64,000 bases of DNA from Candidatus Chazhemtobacterium aquaticus (GTDB lineage Bacteria > Patescibacteriota > Microgenomatia > UBA1400 > Chazhemtobacteraceae): positions 280,984 through 344,983 of the forward strand of contig NZ_CP047901.1 in NCBI RefSeq assembly GCF_009936135.1, written 5' to 3'. The translations under genes were made by a program, and so were the position numbers. The notes below the pieces were generated by a model. That model ran no database searches and was not told the origin of the DNA. It was given only the letters and a program-made list of their open reading frames with translations. How positions within the stretch are numbered: the first letter of the stretch is position 1; every line of letters starts with the position of its first letter. Positions 58,149 to 64,000 of this stretch are shown here, piece by piece.

Positions 58149-59531
58149 ATGTCTCGCACCCAGTCCCGCTTCTGGCTTATTCTTCTTCTCACCATCCTTT
58201 CCTTAGTTATCTCTCTTCCCCAAGAAATCAATCTTAATCCTCATCTTTTTGGTCGCAGTTTTAATGTTCATCTTGTTAGGCCAGATCTTAAACTAAGTCT
58301 TGGTTCATATGACTTTTCTCGCTCTCTTGATATCAAACTTGGTCTCGACCTAGCCGGTGGTACCCGAGTTACTCTAGATGCAGACATGTCCTCCATCGCC
58401 CCCGAGAATCAAGCCGACGCTCTTGACTCTGCTAAAGAAATCATCACCCAAAGAGTCGACCTATTTGGTATCTCTGAGCCTAATATTTATTCCCAACAAG
58501 CCGGATCTGCTTATCAAATCATTGTTGAGCTTCCCGGTCTAGACGATCCTCAAGCAGCTCTTGAGCTTATCGGCACCACCGCCCAACTAGAATTCCTAAC
58601 CCCCATTTATGATCAAACTTCCACCGAATCGGCCCAACCAGAGCTTGTTGATTTTCAACCATCTACTCTGACGGGAGCCGATCTTCAAAAAACCACAGTC
58701 GATTTTGATCCCAATACCGGCCAACCTGTTATCAGTCTCCAGTTCTCCCCCTCCGGTACTGAAAAATTTGCCCAGCTCACAAAAGAGTATCTTGGTAAAC
58801 CCCTAGCCATAGCTCTTGATCGTCAACCTCTTACTGCTCCCATTGTTCAGTCAGAAATTACCACTGGTCAGGCCGTCATCTCTGGAGACTTTACTCTTGA
58901 AGGTGCCCAACTGTTAAGCAAACAACTTAACGCTGGAGCTCTACCTGTACCCATCAAAATCACCAGCCAAAACACCATCACTGCCACTCTTGGTGCAGAC
59001 TCAATCAACCAAAGCGTTCGCGCTGGCCTTATCGGACTCTCTGTTGTTGTCCTTTTTATGATTGCTTACTACGGCCAGCTTGGCTTGATCGCCAGCGTCG
59101 GCCTTTTCATCTACGGGCTCGTCACACTCTCTCTTTACAAACTCATTCCCATCACCCTCACTCTCCCTGGAATTGCCGGTTTTATTCTCTCTGTTGGCAT
59201 GGCTGTTGACAGCAACATCCTCATCTTTGAGCGCATGAAAGAAGAAATCCGCGCTGGACGAGCTTGGCCTGTAGCTCTCGAACTTGGTTTCGGTCGTGCC
59301 TGGGACTCCATCAAAGACGCCAACATTGCCACCCTCATCACCGCCTTTATTCTCTTCAACCCTCTAAACTGGTCTTTCCTCCCCACTTCAGGGCCAATTC
59401 GCGGTTTTGCTATCACTCTTGCCCTTGGTATCCTCATCTCTCTATTCACTGGTATTTTTGTCACCAGGACTCTACTTCGTCTCTTCTATCACGGACCTCG
59501 ATCAATTAAACTTTTTTCTTCACAATCATGA
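58149..59531 (+). CDS. secD: protein translocase subunit SecD
   Basis: N-terminal TM, large periplasmic domain, C-terminal 5 TM with GLSVVVLFMIAYYG...AGFILSVGMAVDSNILIFER. Confidence 0.85.
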   Translation: MSRTQSRFWLILLLTILSLVISLPQEINLNPHLFGRSFNVHLVRPDLKLSLGSYDFSRSLDIKLGLDLAGGTRVTLDADMSSIAPENQADALDSAKEIITQRVDLFGISEPNIYSQQAGSAYQIIVELPGLDDPQAALELIGTTAQLEFLTPIYDQTSTESAQPELVDFQPSTLTGADLQKTTVDFDPNTGQPVISLQFSPSGTEKFAQLTKEYLGKPLAIALDRQPLTAPIVQSEITTGQAVISGDFTLEGAQLLSKQLNAGALPVPIKITSQNTITATLGADSINQSVRAGLIGLSVVVLFMIAYYGQLGLIASVGLFIYGLVTLSLYKLIPITLTLPGIAGFILSVGMAVDSNILIFERMKEEIRAGRAWPVALELGFGRAWDSIKDANIATLITAFILFNPLNWSFLPTSGPIRGFAITLALGILISLFTGIFVTRTLLRLFYHGPRSIKLFSSQS

Positions 59532-60379
59532 ACTGGCTCAAATATCGTTTTCTGTACTTTTTCATCTCTCTTGCCGTCTTGCTTCCTGGCATATACTCGC
59601 TATGGCGTTTTGGCCTCAATCCTTCGGTTGAGTTTACCGGTGGTTCTCTCCTTGAGATAAGTCTTGAGAGCCCCAGTCCTGATCAGATTAAAGATCTTCT
59701 CTCTCCCACCTACTCTATCCACTCTCTTGACCACGACTCCTCCACTATTACCCTCAAACTTGACCCACTCACTCAGTCTCAAGCAGATCAAATCGTTTCT
59801 GACCTAAAGACGCTTGATTCCCAAGCCAAACTGATTTCTTTCACCTCCGTTGGTCCCAGTGTCGGCGGCCAGCTTCTCACCAAAGCCTTAACCGCCATCC
59901 TCATTGCAGCTCTAGCTACTCTCCTCTATATCGCCTACTCATTTAGAAACCTTACCTTTGGCTTCTTTGCCATAATCGCCATGCTCCACGACACTCTCAT
60001 TCTTCTTGGCTCATACTCACTTCTTGGCCACTTCTTTGGTTTTCAGACTGATCTACTCATAGTTACTGCCATTCTCACCACCCTTTCTTTCTCTGTCCAC
60101 GACACCATCGTCGTCTTTGATCGTATTCGCGAACTTAAGAACAAGACCACCTCCAGCCTCTACGCACTCTCAAACCGAGCCATCACCGAAACCATCACTC
60201 GTTCCCTTAATAACTCACTCACCATTATTTTCATGCTTCTCTCTCTAGCCCTTCTTGGGGGAGACTCAATTAAACACTTCACTATCGCTCTTCTCATCGG
60301 TGCCATCACCGGTACCTACTCATCGACCTTTACCGCTGTACCCTTACTTGTTACTTGGGATACAATAAGACGTAAATGA
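59528..60379 (+). CDS. secF: protein translocase subunit SecF
   Basis: ...LHDTLILLGSYSLLG...HDTIVVFDRIRE... Overlaps the secD stop (ATGA). Confidence 0.85.
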   Translation: MNWLKYRFLYFFISLAVLLPGIYSLWRFGLNPSVEFTGGSLLEISLESPSPDQIKDLLSPTYSIHSLDHDSSTITLKLDPLTQSQADQIVSDLKTLDSQAKLISFTSVGPSVGGQLLTKALTAILIAALATLLYIAYSFRNLTFGFFAIIAMLHDTLILLGSYSLLGHFFGFQTDLLIVTAILTTLSFSVHDTIVVFDRIRELKNKTTSSLYALSNRAITETITRSLNNSLTIIFMLLSLALLGGDSIKHFTIALLIGAITGTYSSTFTAVPLLVTWDTIRRK

Positions 60380-60792
60380 TCAACTTTAACGCTCTCACTA
60401 AACCACCCTTCTCACCCATTGAAACCAACACCTTTCGTTTCTTTAAACTCTTTCCCGACCTACCCAAGTCCTTAACCAAGCTACTAGCCCGAATCACCCC
60501 TATCCTTGCCCTTATTGGCGGTATTATTAACCTCCTCTCTCTTTTTTCACACCCCTTTCTCATCAACCCCCTTCGTCCTCTCTCTTTAATCATTAGCGGT
60601 ATTCTTCTCCTCGTTGCCTACAAACCCCTCAAACAACGCCAATCTCTTGGCATCACCCTTTTGTTCTGGAGCTCGCTAACCCACGGACTAATCAATTTTG
60701 TCTGGCACCTTTCACCTTCCATTGTCCTAACCACCGCACTTAGTCTTTACTTTCTCTATCAGATCCGCCCCCACTATAACCATCGGCAATAA
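60376..60792 (+). CDS. hypothetical small polytopic membrane protein
   Basis: 138 aa with 3-4 hydrophobic helices. Start overlaps the secF stop. The 3' end overlaps the convergent cca gene by 53 nt. Confidence 0.3.
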   Translation: MINFNALTKPPFSPIETNTFRFFKLFPDLPKSLTKLLARITPILALIGGIINLLSLFSHPFLINPLRPLSLIISGILLLVAYKPLKQRQSLGITLLFWSSLTHGLINFVWHLSPSIVLTTALSLYFLYQIRPHYNHRQ

Positions 60793-62278
60793 CTCCACCG
60801 ATTTCTTTCACTCTCTTTGTTAAATACTCCTGATTGTTTTTGCTGGTATCCTCAATTACCTCCTCAAACAAGCTATTCATAATCTCACCTACCTTTGGTC
60901 CAGGGCTAATTCCTAGTATTCTCATCACCACATTGCCATCAATCACCAAATCAGATACCGTCATTGGTTCATACAACTGTTCTCCCACTCTCTTCTGTAA
61001 CTCTTGTAATCGCCAACTAGTCGTCTTACTACCCCCACCCTTACGATCCCCAATCCGCAGCAAAATAATGTCATTAATATTTTCCTTTCCTACTCTGCGA
61101 ATAAATCTTCTGATAGCCGCATCCGTCATCTCCGGACTATAAGCAAACATATGCCACCTCACTAGTGTTACTAGCCTCTCTCTTTCTTTTTTAGAAAACC
61201 TAAGTCTATCGGCAATTGTCTCTACCATTCTTGCCCCTACCACTTCATGCCCATAAAAAGTTCCTGCTTCATGTTCCGTTTGCACCTTGCCACATCTAGG
61301 ACATTTATACATCGTTGTTTTTGCCGTCTCCCCCTTCTCTTCCAAATTCTCACTCTTCATCACCCAACCACATCCTAAGCACCTCAGTCGCCTCGTCCTC
61401 GGCTTGCCAATATCATGAAGCAAGGTAGCCAGTCTCACTATCGGATCAGGGCTAGGACAGCTTCTCAAGGCCTCTAGCATATGATTGTAAACATCTAGTG
61501 TGTGATGACCAGTTTGTGGCACCCCTCTGGTCTCCAGCATCTCCGGGATGATGTGCTCCATCAACCCGAAACTTACTAGCAGATGAACCCCTTCAGCTGG
61601 ATGATCACTTTTAAGAATTTTCACCAACTCATCCCTGACTCTTTCTCTGCTAATCTCGGCAAGCAGATTAGCGTTTTTTACAACCCCAGCAAACGTTTTT
61701 TCTTCTATCTGGAACGACAACTGAGCTGCAAAACGAACCGCTCTCATCATTCTCAAAGCATCCTCTGCAAATCTCTCCTCAGCCTTTCCAACCGCTTTGA
61801 CCAACCTGTTCTCAAAATCTTTCAATCCTCCCAAATAATCAAGTAATTCATACCCACTTCCTTCCTTTTTTGGGCCAACCACTACCGAATTCATAGTGAA
61901 ATCTCTCCGGCGAACATCCTCCTCCAGGCTCTTCCCCCATTTAACCTCATCTGGTCTGCGTCGGTCAGTGTAGCCTCTCTCGGTTCGGTAGGGAGTAATC
62001 TCATATATCTCCTTTCTTTTTCTCTCAAATGCTACTCCAACCGTTCCATAATCATTGTCGTAAAAAGTATCCAACCCCTCCAAAACCTTAAGTATCTCTT
62101 CTGGGGTAGCACTGGTCGTAAAGTCACAATCCACCGGCTCCTTGCCAATCAACATCAACCTAACTCCTGCCCCAACCATATAGATCTCATAACCTTCCTT
62201 GTTAAACAACTCAAAAACCAGCCTCACTTCTCTAGGCAACAGTCTCTCTTCATCTTTACTCAAATCTCTTTTTACCAT
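60740..62278 (-). CDS. cca: CCA-adding tRNA nucleotidyltransferase with a C-terminal HD domain interrupted by a CxxC...CxxC zinc-ribbon insertion
   Basis: Head domain GAGVRLMLIGKEPVDCDF, EITPYRTERGYTDRRRPD and RRDFTMNS. HD domain HTLDVYNHML...LLHDIGKP, then RCLGCGWVMKSENLEEKGETAKTTMYKCPRCGKVQ (complement of 61265-61402), before the HD domain resumes at FYGHEVVGA. Confidence 0.8.
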   Translation of the reverse strand: MVKRDLSKDEERLLPREVRLVFELFNKEGYEIYMVGAGVRLMLIGKEPVDCDFTTSATPEEILKVLEGLDTFYDNDYGTVGVAFERKRKEIYEITPYRTERGYTDRRRPDEVKWGKSLEEDVRRRDFTMNSVVVGPKKEGSGYELLDYLGGLKDFENRLVKAVGKAEERFAEDALRMMRAVRFAAQLSFQIEEKTFAGVVKNANLLAEISRERVRDELVKILKSDHPAEGVHLLVSFGLMEHIIPEMLETRGVPQTGHHTLDVYNHMLEALRSCPSPDPIVRLATLLHDIGKPRTRRLRCLGCGWVMKSENLEEKGETAKTTMYKCPRCGKVQTEHEAGTFYGHEVVGARMVETIADRLRFSKKERERLVTLVRWHMFAYSPEMTDAAIRRFIRRVGKENINDIILLRIGDRKGGGSKTTSWRLQELQKRVGEQLYEPMTVSDLVIDGNVVMRILGISPGPKVGEIMNSLFEEVIEDTSKNNQEYLTKRVKEIGGVIADGYSGGGSDRESKD

Positions 62279-62375
62279 ATCGGTATTATATCTCCATCAT
62301 CTCCCAAGGCCCACTCGTATATAACTATCAAATCCAATACCCCCCCATTCTTCCCTCGTCTATAATCTCCTTACC

Positions 62376-64000
62376 ATGCGCTGGCAAATTAAATCCACCT
62401 TCCAAGCAGACACACCAACCAACCAGTCTCAACATGTTGTCAAACATCTTCTTAATCAACGCGGTTTCAAAACCACTTCTCAACAACAAGAATTTCTAAA
62501 TCCACTAGAACCATCTCTCAAAACTGCCCTTGCCCAACTCCCCGATCTTGATCAAACTCAACTAAACAAAGCCCATGCTCGAATCAGTAAGGCCATTAAT
62601 TCTCACCAGCCCATCATCATCTATGGCGACTACGACTGTGACGGTATCTCCGCCGCCACCATTCTCTGGACTGCCCTTCATCAATCCGGAGCCATCGTCA
62701 AACCATTTATTCCCCACCGTGTTCATCACGGCTACGGCCTTTCTTCAAACGGAGTTACTGATGCACTCTCACTCTTCCCCAACAAACAACCCCTTATCAT
62801 CACCGTCGACAATGGCATCTCAGCCATTAAAGAAGCCCAAAAACTCAAAAAAATGGGTCTCGACCTTATCATCACCGATCACCACACCCCCCCTGACATT
62901 CTCCCACCTGCTCATAGTATCGTTCACACTACCCATCTCTCCGGTAGCGGAGTTGCTTGGCTTATAGCCTCTCTCTTTAATCCCCATCCTCTCACGGAAT
63001 TTGCCGCTCTTGGCACTGTTTGTGACCTACTCCCCTTAACTGGATTTAACCGATCTTTAGTCAAACACGGACTGGAACATATTAAAAACACCAGCAACCC
63101 CGGACTTCTCGCCCTCTACCAAGCCGCGGGAATTGCCGATACTGCGCAAATCTCCACCTACCACCTCGGCTATATCCTAGGTCCTCGTATCAACGCTGTT
63201 GGTCGTCTAAGCCACGCCCTAGACGCCTTAAGACTTTTCTGTACTACTAATCAAACCACTGCCCAGTCTCTTGCCCACCACCTCTCAAACCTCAATTATC
63301 AGCGCCAAGACCTCACTCAAGATCATGCAACCATGGCCATCAATCATTTTAAGAGTCTCTCGACTCTGCCCAATATTCTTGTCTTTCATCACCCTGACTT
63401 CCATGAGGGTATTATTGGCCTAGTCGCCTCCCGACTTACCGATCATTTTCACCGACCCTCAATCATTATAAGTTCTGCCGATAATGTACTTAAAGCCTCT
63501 GCTCGATCTGTCCCTGGTATCAACATTACTCAACTCATCTCCCAAACAAGTCACTTGCTCACCAATTACGGAGGCCATCACCAAGCTGCCGGTTTCTCCG
63601 CCTCTCCTGACCATCTCCAAGATATTCACGACTCGTTAACCAAGCTGGGTGACAGTCTTGATCCTAAGCTTTTAGTAAAAACTCTTGATATCGACCTTCA
63701 GCTTGACCCAAGCCTTCTAAGTCTCGATCTCTTTGACCAGCTCTCCCATCTCGAGCCCTTTGGTATCGCTAATCCTCAACCCATTTTTGCCTCCTCACTG
63801 CCCGTCAAATCACATTCGTTAATTGGTAAGACCATGACCCACCTCAAGGTTCAGCCAGAACAACCCTTTACCCATCTTGATGTAATTGGCTTCAACCTCG
63901 CCTCCCGTCGTCACAAGCTTTCTAATCACTCAAGCTTCGCCTTTACCCTCAACAAGAATCATTTTCGGGGTAAAACATCACTCCAACTTCTTGTAAAAGA
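62376..64000 (+). CDS. recJ: single-stranded-DNA-specific exonuclease RecJ (5' partial, runs off window end)
   Basis: Frame 0 from the ATG at 62376 is open to the window end. It reads MRWQIKSTFQ...IIIYGDYDCDGISAATILWTAL...LIITDHHTPP... (DHH motifs I-III and DHHA1-type GGHHQAAG). Missing from the ORF track because it has no stop. TATAAT at 62361-62366. Confidence 0.85.
   Translation, partial: MRWQIKSTFQADTPTNQSQHVVKHLLNQRGFKTTSQQQEFLNPLEPSLKTALAQLPDLDQTQLNKAHARISKAINSHQPIIIYGDYDCDGISAATILWTALHQSGAIVKPFIPHRVHHGYGLSSNGVTDALSLFPNKQPLIITVDNGISAIKEAQKLKKMGLDLIITDHHTPPDILPPAHSIVHTTHLSGSGVAWLIASLFNPHPLTEFAALGTVCDLLPLTGFNRSLVKHGLEHIKNTSNPGLLALYQAAGIADTAQISTYHLGYILGPRINAVGRLSHALDALRLFCTTNQTTAQSLAHHLSNLNYQRQDLTQDHATMAINHFKSLSTLPNILVFHHPDFHEGIIGLVASRLTDHFHRPSIIISSADNVLKASARSVPGINITQLISQTSHLLTNYGGHHQAAGFSASPDHLQDIHDSLTKLGDSLDPKLLVKTLDIDLQLDPSLLSLDLFDQLSHLEPFGIANPQPIFASSLPVKSHSLIGKTMTHLKVQPEQPFTHLDVIGFNLASRRHKLSNHSSFAFTLNKNHFRGKTSLQLLVK

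Noticed and set aside
62575-62967. ORF-track ORF 62575..62967 (+), a 130-aa Pro/Ser-rich protein
   Set aside because: It is an alternative reading frame inside recJ. The real recJ frame (from the ATG at 62376, open to the window end) carries the DHH motifs and was missed by the track only because it has no stop in the window.

Overview
Organism: the window is a core-genome segment, almost entirely on the + strand, from a small-genome bacterium that looks like Candidate Phyla Radiation (Patescibacteria). The evidence is that L30 is absent between rpsE and rplO, most genes have little or no Shine-Dalgarno sequence, many ribosomal proteins, PNPase and RpoB carry K/S/T-rich or charged tails, and AlaRS lacks its C-terminal domain.

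Gene order through the window:
- Left block: rpsO-pnp, a Lon-like AAA+ ATPase with no protease domain, RNase J and ftsK. Then a RodZ-like gene, a DUF948/YtxH pair and alaS. Then an inserted surface-protein and sortase pair, followed by ruvX and mltG.
- Transcription/translation core: rpoB-rpoC and rpsL-rpsG, then a 446-bp spacer carrying a small antisense gene, then fusA-tuf.
- Ribosomal superoperon: one continuous S10-spc-alpha run (rpsJ through rplQ, including secY-adk-map-infA-rpmJ), then rplM-rpsI.
- Right block: a transglutaminase-like gene (- strand), a GC-rich structured element next to tRNA-Pro (- strand), then recA-recX-rny-hup-miaB-miaA and an AI-2E transporter. Then RNase P RNA (- strand), uppP, two small - strand genes, DUF4446/DUF3048, a wHTH-nucleotidyltransferase with a MazE/AbrB-like gene, secDF, cca (- strand) and the start of recJ.

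No CRISPR array, rRNA or obvious mobile element was seen. The most unusual items are:
- the GC-rich multi-hairpin element beside tRNA-Pro;
- the protease-less Lon AAA+ module;
- the Shine-Dalgarno- and terminator-equipped antisense mini-gene inside the str operon;
- the wHTH-NTase/MazE-like pair;
- a degenerate FtsA/PilM-like membrane protein with a sortase, inserted into the alaS-ruvX-mltG synteny;
- Zn-ribbon variants of L24 and of the CCA enzyme;
- an attenuator-like element between rpsJ and rplC.
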